From Eutreptiella sp. 'Long Island Sound 2002' (Eukaryota; Protista; Euglenida): 64,000 nucleotides of DNA. Location: contig OZ038379.1 of assembly GCA_964036045.1 (NCBI GenBank), positions 19,716,001 to 19,780,000 on the forward strand. Reading direction: 5' to 3'. The notes below the pieces were generated by a model that searched no databases, was not told where the DNA came from, and saw nothing but the letters and a program-made list of their open reading frames with translations. Shown here one piece after another: positions 22,749-35,700 of this stretch; position 1 is the stretch's first letter, and each line of letters begins with the position of its first letter. The position numbers and the translations under genes are program-made.

Positions 22749-23514
22749 GGGGGAATCTTTGCACTGCGCGCGCACTGCGCGCTACTTTTAGACTATGTTC
22801 CCCCCGAAGAGCTCCCAAGCACACCCCTTGGAAACGCCCTTAGAATTAGGTGACCCAAACTGCCCCAGCTCAAGAAAGTTGCAAACTACCTTCCCTTAAC
22901 ATAACACACACATGTTCCTTACGATGCCCCAGTGCCACATGCATGGTTTCGGTTGTGAGGAAGGGGCTCTCTCCTTTCCCTTGCGGTTAGAATCGGATTG
23001 GGGTTGAGATTGTGTAGCCACAGGGGGTTGCGAGGACTGAGAGGGTTGAGGGAGAATGGAGCTGGACGAAGCCACATCAGCCCGAGGGGGCGCAGCAACA
23101 CAAAAAGCATCCAGTGTGCGTAGCCGCTTTTCTAGGACCTGCTGCGCATGTTTTGCTTGTTTCTTGGCCTCTCTTTCTCTTTTCTCACGGCGCAAACGGA
23201 CAATCTCAGGCTGCATTGTTGGCGCTTCACTGCCGCCTTCAGAGAATGGTTGGCCATCAAGCCCATCCTGGAAAATTACACTTTCCTCATCCCTTGGTAA
23301 GTGGTTACCCTTGCCGAACCGCAAGATCTGCTCAATCACCTTTGGCACACCCAAACAAAGGGGGACAAAATCAGAAGTCAAAACCTCCGCTAGGGGTCAC
23401 CATGATGCCCCTAGGGGCCCCTAGTATCTCAAAGTATGGGTCTCTAGTACGGCTAGACGCCCAAATAGTTGCACTGCGCGCGCAATGCGCGCGCACTGCG
23501 CTTAAGGCTCCCCC
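22749..23514. mobile_element. Non-autonomous Harbinger-type element (766 bp) carrying an ORF fragment
   Basis: Termini GGGGGAATC... / ...GGCTCCCCC flanked by a CAT/CAT 3-bp TSD. Left subterminus is shared with 39261+ and right subterminus with 26513-26630. The internal minus-strand ORF includes IVRLRREKREREAKKQAKHAQQVLEKRL. Confidence 0.8.
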
Positions 23515-24064
23515 CATGTACATACATGACCATGACCATGTACATACAAGACAGTCACACCACTGGGACGCCATGAAATGGAAGAGACATTGCTGTTCAC
23601 GACAACAAACAAAAGGATGTGTACACGGAATTTGCGTTCTTTTGCCCTCCAAATTAACAGACCTGGTTCTTGCAACGACTCCAAGATATGCATCGCGCGC
23701 ACCACACACGCACCGTGTCCGCTACTCCCTCCACATCCAACAACCCCTAGGAACCTTTGGGATGTTGTTGGGTGATCGTTCGGTGACAATGGAAGTGTGT
23801 GTAAACTCATGTAGCACCAACTTGGCCCTACTATTGGTACTTATTGGCCCCCAAAAGCGCCTCTTTGGGGGGGACTTAAGCACATTCTGCAACACACACC
23901 ATGCATCAGAGAACATTTCATAAACAGCATGCCACACACAACCTGGAATACACTATATGCACCACACCACACATAACACACAACATGTAACACACAATAT
24001 GCAATACATCATATTGAACACACAACGTGCCACACACAACACGCAACACATGTCATGAAAAACA

Positions 24065-24352
24065 CAGTGCGCGCGCAGTGCGACTACTGGGGCCTTTGGC
24101 CATACTAGAAACCCAGGGGTCTTGTGCGGCGTGTGTACTACCCTCTCTCCACTGTTTTGGCTACTGTTTCGTGTTTCTCTCCTGATCTTGACCAGGGCAT
24201 TTTTTCGCGCTCCTTCAGGGGCGTGTTTACATGCGTATTGACCTATATCATCGCTTTGTCACTTGCCATGTCAGCTTTGTCAAGATCTTAGGCAATACTG
24301 CGGGGAACCTAGTCCAAAAGTAGCGCACAGTGCGCACAGTGCAGGGATTCCC
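24065..24352. mobile_element. Degenerate inverted MITE of the same Harbinger family
   Basis: Carries reverse complements of both subtermini of the 22749 element (GTGCGCGCGCAGTGCGACTAC...; ...AACCTAGTCCAAAAGTAGCGCACAGTGCGCACAGTGCAGGGATTCCC). Confidence 0.6.
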
Positions 24353-24861
24353 TTTGATGTGTTTCCACCGCAATGGCGGAAAATTCGTCGGCCTGTAGTG
24401 TACAACTTCCCCACAACGTCCCTCATCTCTATTCCAGGTGCCTTGCCGAAGGGAATAGAATTTTTTTTTTGCTCAGACCAAGATGAGCTGGCGTAGCCTG
24501 CTCGTGTCACAGTACCCGAGGTAACCCCTCGGGATCAAGGTTGAGAGCTGTCCCGTGCTACGATGATCCCACAAATGACTGTGGTAGCGGATCTGACACG
24601 TAGTGAGGATTAGCTGAGTCTGAAACCAGGTTATGCAGTGGGAGATTGCCACGCTCGTAGGCTTCCCAGTGTGCATGAGGCACAATGATTGTAGGCTGAA
24701 GAAGACAGCGGTGTGAAGATTGAAGGCCGAGGTGAATCAGCAGGCCGCATTTCATACACTATCAGAGTGGGAGGGGTATGACATTCAGTGACGATTGGTC
24801 ATTTAGGCACCATTGGTCACTATTCGCTTAGGGTAGAGTGCACTGCTGTGGAGTGGTCGGT

Positions 24862-24949
24862 TATTAGGGGGCCTATTAGGGGGCCTATTTGGGGGCCTAT
24901 TAGGGGGCCTATTAGGGGGCCTATTAGGGGGCCTAGTAGGGGGCCTATT
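24862..24949. repeat. 12-bp tandem array (GGCCTATTAGGG)n, left part
   Basis: About 7 units containing TTAGGG, interrupted by the Harbinger element at ATT. Confidence 0.9.
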
Positions 24950-26721
24950 GGGGGGATGTTTGCCCGGCGCGCGCTCGGCACACTACTTTTCTATTAACTA
25001 TCCCGACTTCAGCCCCAGATTTACCCTCCCATGGAGAAGCCCCCCAAGTAGACCACATTGCACTGCACACCTTCCCTACAAAGCACGTTGCAAAATAAAG
25101 CAGGATCTGTGATTTCAATCACTCCAACTGTCATTTGTAGTGTAATTAACAAACAACATTGGTCCCACAAGTGTGGGTGTCAATACATTTAATACAGTAG
25201 TGCTCCTTACACTCATCACAAACTGCGACGGTGGAGCGCCTTTGGCAACACAAAACACACACTTCCGCCTCATCCTCTGCCTCATCTTGCGTGGCGGCCG
25301 AGTTGCTTTGGTCCGTCCAAACCTGAGGCGGGACATGCTCCCATGGTCCGTAGGGGGGGTGACGGACTTGCCTCCGGATGCAAAGCTGAGTGAAATGCAA
25401 CAAACAACTCATTGGGGCCGCCACGCCGGATGTTCCTAACCAAACCCCAATGCCACAACCGAGCAAACAGCTGCTCAATGCGTGCCCTGTACCACCCATG
25501 GACATCATTGTAACATTGTTGGCAGGCTGTCAAAGTGCCATTCTTTCTTCCAATGAATGGCACAATGACATGAATCCGGCCTTTATAAGCACCATCATGG
25601 CCCCCAACTTCAAAACCAAAGAAATCACCTCGGGTACGAGAAGGTCCATACCCATCCTAAATCAAAACATCTGCTGATGTCCCGGGGGCCAAGGGGCAAA
25701 TCCATATAATGTTGCCCAACATATCAACGGCAACAGTCACCTTGTAAACATGGGACGCATACTTAGGATTCCACAGGTATGCACTCCATATCCCGCCAAT
25801 GGAACTGATGGGCATGGAGTCTGTGAAATGCGTCATAAAGAATGGAAAATGGGGACAATGGTTGAAAGGATTCAACCTGTCGGCCCATCGAATCTCTTGA
25901 ACAACATGGTTAAGGTATTCGCGAACACGGGCAACACTCTGCCGCCAGGAAACCTCCGAACATTCCGTGTGAGGCATGAAAGCACCGCTCTCTGCCGGTG
26001 GGGTGTGTTTCATCCAAAAAAAAATCGAAACAATGACTCACGGTCAAGGAGCTCGGGGTGCCCGTACTTCATCAAAATTCCTCCAATGTTTCGGCATCTG
26101 CACCCATCCGTGCAACTTGGGTACGCACACAGGTGGACTTACACCGTTTCACCCACCATTGGACACCACCACATTTGCCATCGTCGTAGATGGGGTGCAA
26201 AGGGTGTGCCAAATTCTTAGACACGGCGAGGAGACATTCCAAAATCTGATCCTCTGTCTTTTTGATCTCCCTCGCAACCTCTTCCGCTGTGTACTCTCTT
26301 TCAGTGGAGGGTTCAACAAGGTTAGGGTTTTCGGGGGTCCCAACAAAGGGAACAAAATCAGAAGTCAAAACCTACGCCGGGGGTCACCATGATGCACCAC
26401 GCAACAAAGCGTGGATTCAAAGATTGTCCCGGTTTCCTCAATAGCACCGGAAGGTTGGGGCCCAAAAGAGGGCGGAAATGCTACGTCACCCCTGCATTCT
26501 CGGGGTCCCCAACAAAGGGAACAAAATCAGAAGTCAAAACCTACGCCGGGGGTCACCATGATGCTCCTAGTATTTCAAAGTGTGGGTCTCTGGTACAGCT
26601 AGGCGCCCAAATAGCTGCACTGTGCTAAGTGCGCCCCCTTAGTGCACCCCCTAAAAGGCCACTCGAGGGGCACGGGTCCAAAAAGATGCCCGGCGCGCGC
26701 CCGGCGCACGAACGTTCCCCC
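24950..26721 (-). mobile_element. PIF/Harbinger-type DNA transposon (1772 bp)
   Basis: Imperfect TIRs GGGGGGATGTTTGCCCGGCGCGCGC / GCGCGCGCCCGGCGCACGAACGTTCCCCC. ATT/ATT 3-bp TSD at 24947-24949 and 26722-26724. Encodes a broken transposase. Confidence 0.85.
25146..26368 (-). pseudogene. DDE_Tnp_4 (PIF/Harbinger, IS5-like) transposase pseudogene with a C-terminal B-box-like zinc finger
   Basis: Motifs HFTDSMPI (D1), YKVTVAVDMLGNIIWICPLAPGTSADVL, GHDGAYKG (D2), YNDVHGWYRARIEQLFARL (E). TAG at 25659-25657 replaces an expected Trp. Frameshifts near 26070 and 25390. The tail is CVLCCQRRSTVAVCDECKEHYCIKCIDTHTC. Confidence 0.85.
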
Positions 26722-26833
26722 ATTAGGGGGCCTATCAGCGGGCCTATTAGGTGGCCTATTAGGGGGCCTATTAGGGGTGCTATTAGGCGGCCTATTATGC
26801 GGCCTATTAGGGGGCCTATTAGGTGGCCTATTA
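26722..26833. repeat. 12-bp tandem array (GGCCTATTAGGG)n, right part
   Basis: About 9 more units resuming in phase after the TSD. Confidence 0.9.
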
Positions 26834-27766
26834 GCCGTGCCGGGGCCCAGAGCCGCTTGAGCCACGCCTTCTGGCAGTGTGCAGCCAGGTGCGGTAGCTG
26901 CGGCGCCATTTCCTACCGGGCCGCGATAAGCTCACTGGCAAGGGGCCATAAAGGGGGGGGGGGGGGGGGCGACAAGGGATACCCCAAGTTGGGACCTGGG
27001 ACCCCGCCATGGGTTAGGGGGTCCATGGGGGCATTTGTGCACAGCCTGGGCACTACACGCACATTACATGGGGAAATTGGGGTTTTCTGCTACCATTGGC
27101 AATACTTTTGCCTTTGTGGACCATACTACACCCCACAATGTTGCACAACCTGATGTTTCACCCCTCCCCCCCCCGCCATGCCATCCACAGCCCCGAATTG
27201 CAAACTGAACAGCGGTCGAAGCGGAGGGGGGACCGTGCCGACCGGCTTGCTTCGCATGGTTCTGACACCGACGTAGACGGTGTATTCGACCGCCGCGATG
27301 GTCGGGGATCGCGCTGCTTAGCCTTTGGCAATGCGAGGAGACTACGGCCGAGCTGACTGGGAGAGGGTGGCGGTGAAGGTGACCGCACCCGGTACTCCCT
27401 TTCCATTGATGTGGACATCAAGGTCTGAGAGACGGCAAAGTAGTGGATGCCCCCGAACAGAGTACCCAAATGTAGCACCATAGCACCAAATCGGGTCACC
27501 TTTTTGGGTGACGTGCACAACAACACACACAAATGCACTAGAAATGAAGGCTAGGCATGCAAGCAAGTCACATAAATGCACAACAAGGCTCATTGTTATT
27601 GATACTAGGCACTACTATGCAGATTGGGTATGGTCTTGTGCAAACTTTGTGCACATCTCGCGCGCAGCGTGTGCATGCCGCACAATACGCCCCCTATATA
27701 CAAGAAAAAAGTTCTTTAGGCCCCAGGTCCCAGTACACAGATAGCGGCCACACTACACAAAGAAGT

Positions 27767-27989
27767 TTTGACCCCCCCCGCCCAAAAAAAAGGGGCACCT
27801 GGGTATGGAGGGGGGTCAAAATCCAAAAATTCATTGGGGGGCATTTTTGGTCCCAAAATGATGATTTTGCAAGGGGTTAGACGTCAAAAACCATGCCTTG
27901 AGGTATGCTACGCAAATGACCCCAAAGAAGGGGAGGTTATACAATGCCTGCGCTTGCGCTTGATCTAACAACCACTCTTCAAGGTGATT
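27767..27989. repeat. Dispersed diverged copy of satellite module B
   Basis: AAAATCCAAAAATTCATTGGGG...AAAATGATGATTTTGCAAGGGGTT...TTGATCTAACAACC..AGGTGATT matches the B units at 36179-37075. Another copy lies at 38985-39229. Confidence 0.75.
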
Positions 27990-28585
27990 TGGAGGGGAGA
28001 TACCAAGAAGTCAATGAAATGTGGTGAACTAAAATGACCTTTTCTCCCAGCCATTGCACCAAATTTCGGGTTTTGTGGGAGTGATTTGTACGCTGAGGCC
28101 ATGCTGCAGCTACAGAAGCTGAGGTTTCATATTTTCCATTGAAGGGCTTTGAGATATTTTGGTATTTGTGTAGCCCCACGGTCCGGTTTCCCACCAAAGT
28201 GTGCAAGAGAGATATCGAGAAATCAATGAAATGTGGTGCACCAAAATGACCTTTTCTCCCAGCCATTATATTTGTACACTGAGACCACGCTCTATCTATA
28301 GAAGCTTAGCTTTCAGATTTCCATTAAAGACTTTTGATGTACTTAAGTAGCTCCACGGTCCGGTTCCCCACCAAAATGTGGAGGTGAGATACCAAGAAGT
28401 CAATGAAATGTGGTGCACTAAAATGACTCTTTCCTGCAGCCATCATACCAATTCTCGGGTGTTTTGGGACTCATTGGAGTCCTGAGACCATGCTCTATCC
28501 AGAGAAACCGGGGTTTCAGATCTTCCATCGAAGAGATCTGAGATATTTTGTACTTGTGTGGCCCCACAGCCCGGTTCCCCACCAA
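27990..28585. repeat. Tandem repeat D (~170-240-bp units), left part
   Basis: Core GGTTCCCCACCAAAATGTGGA.GTGAGATACCAAGAA.TCAATGAAATGTGGTGCACTAAAATGAC is repeated 3-4 times. Confidence 0.85.
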
Positions 28586-30989
28586 CAAGCGCCATAGGAA
28601 GCCCGGCCCGCCCACCCGCGACAAGACCCGGCGGCAGAGGCGTGGTGGTGGTGGTGGTATATGTGGTACTAGCAGTTGTGGTGGTGGTAACCAGTAGTTG
28701 TGGCGGCAGTAGCATATCTACAATTGTAGCATCTCACTTGTTTCATTTTCTAAACCGCTCACACCGTTTAATAGACCTACGTCCTATTGTTTGACAATAC
28801 CCAATCACCACACTTGACAGATAAATATACTCAATTCATAAGTCTCGTTCATGGGATGTACCTAATGCTATTAAATGACACCTTGCTTCATGAATGAATT
28901 TCAGCGCATATTACATGCTACTATCACGGCAACAAAATTGTGCGACACAAAGAATATCACCACATGCTACACTAGCTATGCACAACGTCTTCTTTTACCT
29001 CTTTGCGATCAACGGAAAAGGAAAAAAAACAGAACAAGAAAATAGCATATCGAACAATAATAGTTTACTTATTTTACACAAACAACAACAACGAAACAAA
29101 AATGACAAAAAAATAAAGGATAACCCAATTGATGTCATTAGCTTTGTGACTAGGCTTGGGAAGGACTCACTATGCTCCTCCTTCCCAAGCCTAGAAACGC
29201 CGAAAGTATCAGAAGTTTCGGTATGTACCAACAATTACACGTTTGATTGCACGGATTTTAGCTGAAAATCATGACTAAAAACCTGATTTTCGCGGAAAAT
29301 GCGGGCAAGCTAGACCTATGACAGGCCCTCATATCCTTTTACAATACGTCTTCACCTTTCATTCCAACTCAACGATATGTTACAGAACGACCTCCGACAA
29401 ATTAGAGTATGAACTGCAAATTGCTACTTTTGACAAAAAATGCAAAACCCCCAATGCTTATAACTCGGGGCCAACGGGCCTTCAATGGGCAAACAAGTGA
29501 CCTTTTGCATTCGTCTAGGTCTGAATAACTCCATTATGCTTGGTTGAGGGCTTGGTAACCTATGTGCTTCTTACCCGACTACGTGCTGATGGGTACACGT
29601 TTTGACGTGGCAGGGTACGCACAACATATATCTGATTTTACCTAAAAATGACCACCAAAGATGCTATTTTTGCGAAAAATGAGTGTGAGACGGCCTGTGA
29701 CGGGCCCTATTATCCTTTTAGGACATGTTCTCAGCTTTCAAACGAGCCCAACACTTTGTTCTAACTCCACGGTATGTTGGAGAACGAGGTCCGACGAATG
29801 GACCCACAGACCGAAAAAGTCCATTTTGGACCAGAATGCCAAACCCCCGGTTGATATATCTAGGGGTTGTTGGGGGTACACCATGCAAACTAGTGGCCAT
29901 TCCCCTCCCTCTAGGTCCAAACTACTCAAATATGCTTGGTTGAAGTCCTACGGAAGCATGGGGATGCAACCGGAACACCGGGGGGGAGACCCATGATTTT
30001 GGTAGGCAGGTGTTGTGACAGCACCAAAAAACACAGCTTAAAAAGCACGTATCTTTGAGTTTTCGCCCCCATGTGCTCTCTATAGAGGCCATAGGGACGT
30101 AACATTGCTTATACCCATTCCATTGGACCCATACGGGACTAGTCTGCACAAAGGTTCAATCCCTAGGCCGGGATATAGCGCTTTGACAAGGCTGTACAAT
30201 GGAGACAGGCAACCTCAACTAAGTAATGCTTTTTCTAGCTTTTGTACCCTCTTTCTAGGCATCAAGAGGAGGCTAGAGGGATCAACCTTGGGGATTTTCA
30301 CATAATTTGGGTGCAAATGAACTTGGATTGTCACTTGGTTCGTTCCTAGACCCTCGTGGTTTCGCTACAATAGGCCTACGAAATAGGCCAAAATGGCCAA
30401 ACTGAGCCAACTGTATCAAAACTGGAAAAAAATCATATCTTTGGCCTACCGGCTCGAATTTCGATAAACCGAAAGCTAAATTTGGGTAGTTTTTGACGCT
30501 GAACACAATTATTTAGTCAAAGGCCCAGCGTCGAACTGCCTGATTGCGGAAATCGACGATCGGTGTTCCGGAACATTCATTCGTGCAATTTTGCGGAAAA
30601 GCGATGTAACAACATTATTCGGGCTTTAAAACCCTTTACATTTATGGTCTTATATCGAATTTTTGTCCACTCTAGCTAGGTGCTTAGTTGGACAGGCCCG
30701 AATGTCGGCGACAGCCACTGGTCACGCGTGCGCGCCGATTTTTGACCAGAAATCCGGATTCTGGCCAGTAAAAAAAAAAAGCCCAACTATACTTTTGTAG
30801 GGCCTGACCTGCCATCCATAAATACACTTTTGGTTCGTCCGGAACTTCGTCCGCTGCCAACAGTACGATAGCGCTAATCCGGCGGGATAATCACCGGGGT
30901 TAGCTTTACAGCTGAGCGTCGCTGGCGGCCGCGTGGCCCCTCCCCCGCGGCCGGACAGCATAGAGCGGGCCTTACAGCCCAACGGCAAA
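28586..30989. mobile_element. 2.4-kb non-coding insertion splitting a D unit
   Basis: D core is cut between CCCCACCAA (28585) and AATGTGGA (~30990). The insert is AT-rich with an internal diverged duplication (~29290-29400 vs ~29670-29800). No long credible ORF. Confidence 0.55.
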
Positions 30990-32048
30990 AATGTGGAAGC
31001 AAGATACCGAGAAATCAATGATATGTTGTGCACTAAAATGACCTTTTCTCTCCATCATGAGAACAAATGATAGGTTTTCTTGGCACTCATTTGAATCGTG
31101 AGACCGTGCCCTATTCAGAGAATTTGGGGTTTCAGATTTTCTGTTGAACATTTTTGAGATACTCTGTACTTTTGTGGCCCCACAGCCAGGTACTTAGGTA
31201 GCTCCACGGTCCGGTTCCCCACCAAAATGTGGAAGTGAGATGCCAAGAAATCAATGAAATGTGGTGCACTAAAATGACCTCTTCTGTGAAGCATTATACC
31301 AACTATAGCTTTTCTTGGGAGTCATTTGAATCCCGAGACCCTGCTCTATACAGAGAACCTAGGTTTTCAGATTTTCCAAGGAAGAGTTGTTGAGATGTGT
31401 TGGACGTTTGTGGCCCTACAGTCCCGTTCCCCATCAAATAGTGGAAATGAGACCCCGAGAAATCAATGAACTGTGTGGCACCAAAATGACCATTTCCCCC
31501 CGCCATTATGCCAACTCATTTGAATCCTGAAACCACGGTCTATCCAGAAAAACTGGGTTTTCAGATTTTCCATCGAACACTTTTGTACTTTTGTGGCCCC
31601 ACAGTCCGGTTCCCCACCAAAATGTGGAGGTGAGATATAGAGAAATCAATGAAATGTGGTCCACTAAAACGACCTTTTCTCGCAGCCATCATACCAAATA
31701 TAGGTTTGTTGGAACTCATTTGAACCCTGAGACCATGCTCTATCCAGAGAAACTGCGCTTTCAGATTTTCGGTCGAAGAGTTTCGAGGTATTTTGTACTT
31801 TTGTGGCCCCATGGCCTGGTTCCCCACCAAAATGTGGAAGTGACATACCAAGAAATCAATGACATGTTGTGCACTAAAATGACCTTTTCTCTCAGCCGTT
31901 ACACCAAATAAAGGTGTTCTTGCGCCTCATTTGAACGACGAGACCATGCTTTATCCAGAGAAACTGGGTTTTCCGTTTTTCCATCGGAGAGTTGTGAGAT
32001 GTGTTGTACGTTTGTGGCCCCACAGTCCGGTTCCCCACCAAATAGTGG
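30990..32048. repeat. Tandem repeat D, right part (about 6 units)
   Basis: The same core recurs at ~30990, 31205, 31420, 31600, 31810 and 32025. Confidence 0.85.
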
Positions 32049-32213
32049 CCCTTTCTCCCCGTCATTATAACAACAGAAGGAACTACTACAAGCATGATCC
32101 AGCCCCCCTTTCCCTCTACAATCGGAGCACACCGCAACACATTACATTTCTGACCACAAAACCGGCGGTCAGAAAAAACAATGAAAATGACCGTCCGACG
32201 GGGTCCCGTCCTT

Positions 32214-32760
32214 GGGCCAAGTTGTTACACTGCGTGTGCACTGCGTGCGCACTGCGTGCGCACTGCGTGCATACTGCGCACGCCAGGATACTCACCCAAG
32301 AATACTTGTCACCTGACTGGTTGCACAGCGAAGCAGCAAACCCCACATGAGAACGACGAAACTGCCTTCAACTTGGTACTCCACTGTCCCTATGAACAAA
32401 CCAGTCAACCTTGTAAAGTCCGCTTGCTTCGAGTGTTTCGGGGCCCGTGGCTTCGCTCTTGGAGGCGGCGATGAGGTGTCCCTTGACTCGGAGCGTGGGG
32501 AATGTGTTGTCCGCGGTCTCTTGGGTGATGGGGACCGCGAATAGGGTGAAGGGGAGGGCGTTGGTGATTCTGAGCGTGGATGCGACACACTTGTTGATGG
32601 CGAGCGAGGTCAGTGATGTGGTGGGGATGAAGGCTGAACCACAAACTCCTCAAGGTCCACGGGCTATGTATGGCTACATCACCCCTGCCTTCTCGGGGTC
32701 CCCATAGTGGGGAGAGTTCAATGTGGGGGATGGAAAATGGGTAAAAATGGTTGACATTGG
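32214..32760. mobile_element. Harbinger-related fragment with a Ser/Pro/Arg-rich ORF remnant
   Basis: GGGCCAAGTTG terminus with (GCACTGCGT)n, shared with 4456-4586. Minus ORF 32292-32588 (SPSPYSRSPSPKRPR). Hairpin module at ~32675-32715 matches ~26480. Confidence 0.5.
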
Positions 32761-32780
32761 GCAACAAAAGGGTGACATTT

Positions 32781-35700
32781 AAAATTCTATTGCCTTCGGC
32801 AAGTCCACCTCGCAGAGATTCTACCCCAAGCCACACACACCCTAAATAGGGTAAAAACTACATAAATGTGGCCTAAAAAATGCTTTACATACCTTGGATG
32901 GTCATCTTAAACGGTGACAATATCAAAAAAACAAGTTTCAAAAAATTCGATTTTTGAGCTGCCCAAGGTGAAAAACTACATAAGCAGGTTGTGTACCAAT
33001 CCCTTGGGAGACCCCCCCCCCCCCGTGCGGCCAATACCCAAATAGGGTGAAAAACATGTAAATACGGCCTAAAACGTGCTTTACATACCTTGGATGGTCA
33101 TTTTAAGTGGTCACAATATCAAAAAAACAAGTTTCGAAAACTTCGATTTTTGAGCTGCCCAGGGTGGAAAACTGCATAAGCAGGTCGTGTACCAATCCCT
33201 TGGGAGACCCCCCCCCCCCGACCTAATACCCAAATAGGGTGAAAAACACGTAAATACGGCCTAAAACGTGCTTTACATACCTTGGATGGTCATTTTAAGT
33301 GGTCACAATATCAAAAAAACAAGTTTCGAAAACTTCGATTTTTGAGCTGCCCAGGGTGGAAAACTGCATAAGCAGGTCGTGTACCAATCCCTTGGGAGAC
33401 CCCCCCCCCCCCGACCTAATACCCAAATAGGGTGAAAAACACGTAAATACGGCCTAAAACATGCTTTACATACCTTGGATGGTCATTTTAGGTGGTCACA
33501 ATATCAAAAAAACAGGTTTCGAAAACTTCGATTTTTGAGCTGCCCAAGGTGAAAAACTGCATAAGCAGGTTGTGTACCAATCCCTTGGGAGCCCCCCCCC
33601 CCCACCCCCCGTGCGGCCAATACCCAAATAGGGTGAAAAACATGTAAATACGGCCTAAAACGTGCTTTACATACCTTGGATGGTCATCTTAAGTGGTGAC
33701 AATATCAAAAAAACAAGTTTCGAAAACTTCGATTTTTGAGCTGCCCAAGGTGGAAAACTGCATAAGCAGGTTGTGTACCAATCCCTTGGGAGCCCCCCCC
33801 CCCCCCCCGACCTAATACCCAAATAGGGTGAAAAACACGTAAATACGGCCTAAAACATGCTTTACATACCTTGGATGGTCATTTTGTGTGGTCACAATAT
33901 CAAAAAAACAGGTTTCGAAAACTTCGATTTTTGAGCTGCCCGGGGTGAAAAACTGCATAAGCTGGTTGTGTACCAATCCCTTGGGAGACCCCCCCCCCCC
34001 CGACCTAATACCCAAATAGGGTGAAAAACACGTAAATACGGCCCAAAACGTGCTTTACATACCTTGGATGGTCATTTTAGGTGGTCACAATATCAAAAAA
34101 ACAGGTTTCGAAAACTTCGATTTTTGAGCTGCCCGGGGTGGAAAACTGCATAAGCAGGTTGTGTACCAATCCCTTGGGGGACCCCCCCCCCCCCCCCCGA
34201 CCTAATACCCAAATAGGGTGAAAACCACGTAAATACGGCCTAAAACATGCTTTACATACCTTGGAGGGTCATTTTAGGTGATCACAATATCAAAAAAACA
34301 GGTTTCGAAAACTTCGATTTTTGAGCTGCCCGGGGTGAAAAACTGCATAAGCAGGTTGTGTACCAATCCCTTGGGAGACCCCCCCCCCCCCCCCGACCTA
34401 ATACCCGAATAGGGTGAAAAACACGTAAATACGGCCTAAAACATGCTTTACATACCTTGGATGGTCATTTTAGGTGATCACAATATCAAAAAAACAGGTT
34501 ACGAAAACTTCGATTTTTGAGCTGTCCGGGTTGAAAAACTGCATTAGCAGGTTGTGCACCCGTCCCTTGGGAGACCCAGCCCCCCCCCCGGACCTAACAC
34601 CCAAATAGGGTGAAAAATATGTACGTACGGCCTAAAACATGCTTTACATACCTTGGATGGTCATTTTGAGTGATCACAATATCAAAAAAACAGGTTTCGA
34701 AAACTTCTATTTTTCAGCTGTCCGGGGTGAAAAACTGCATAAGCAGGTTGTGCACCCGTCCCCTGGGAGCCCCCCNNNNNNNNNNNNNNNNNNNNNNNNN
34801 NNNNNNNNNNNNNNNNNNNNNNNNNNNNNNNNNNNNNNNNNNNNNNNNNNNNNNNNNNNNNNNNNNNNNNNNNNNNNNNNNNNNNNNNNNNNNNNNNNNN
34901 NNNNNNNNNNNNNNNNNNNNNNNNNNNNNNNNNNNNNNNNNNNNNNNNNNNNNNNNNNNNNNNNNNNNNNNNNNNGGGGTATGTGGCGTTTTCCCCCATA
35001 TATACGCCTGCCTGGCTTTGATCTAACAACCTCTGCGAGGTGATTCTATTGCCTTCGGCAAGTCCACCTCGCAGAGAATCTACCCCATCTACCCCACACA
35101 CACCCTAAATACGGTATAAACTACATAAATACGGGCTAAAACATGCTTTACATATCTTGGATGGTCATTTTCAGTGATCACAATATCAAAAAAAACAAGT
35201 TTCGAAAACTTCGATTTTTGAGCTGGCCACGGTGAAAAACCGCATTAGCAGGTTGTGTACCTATCCCTTGGGAGAGCCCCCCCCCCCCCCCCAAGACCTA
35301 ATACCCAAATAGGGTGAAAAACATGTAAATAGGGCCTAAAACATGCTTTACATACCTTGGATGGTCATTTTAGGTGATCACAATATCAAAAAAACAAGTT
35401 TCGAAAACTTCGATTTTTGAGCTGTCCAGGGGGAAAAGCTGCATAAGCAGGTTGTGTACCAATCCCTTGGGAGGACCCCCCCCCCCCTCCCGGACCTATT
35501 ACCCAAACAGGGTGAAAATCATGTAAACACGGCCTAAAACATGCTTTACATACCTTGGATGGTCATTTTAGTTGGTCACAACGTCAAAAAAACAAGTTTC
35601 GAAAACTTCGTTTTTGAGCTGTCCAGGTTGAAAAACTGCATAAGCAGGTTACCAACCCATTGGGAGGACCCCCCCCCCCCCCCGGAGCTAATACCCAAAC

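Noticed and set aside
24862-26833. True telomere or interstitial telomeric array
   Set aside because: TTAGGG occurs only as part of a 12-bp unit, not as (TTAGGG)n.
34639-35101. ORFs spanning the N run
   Set aside because: Artefacts of the assembly gap.
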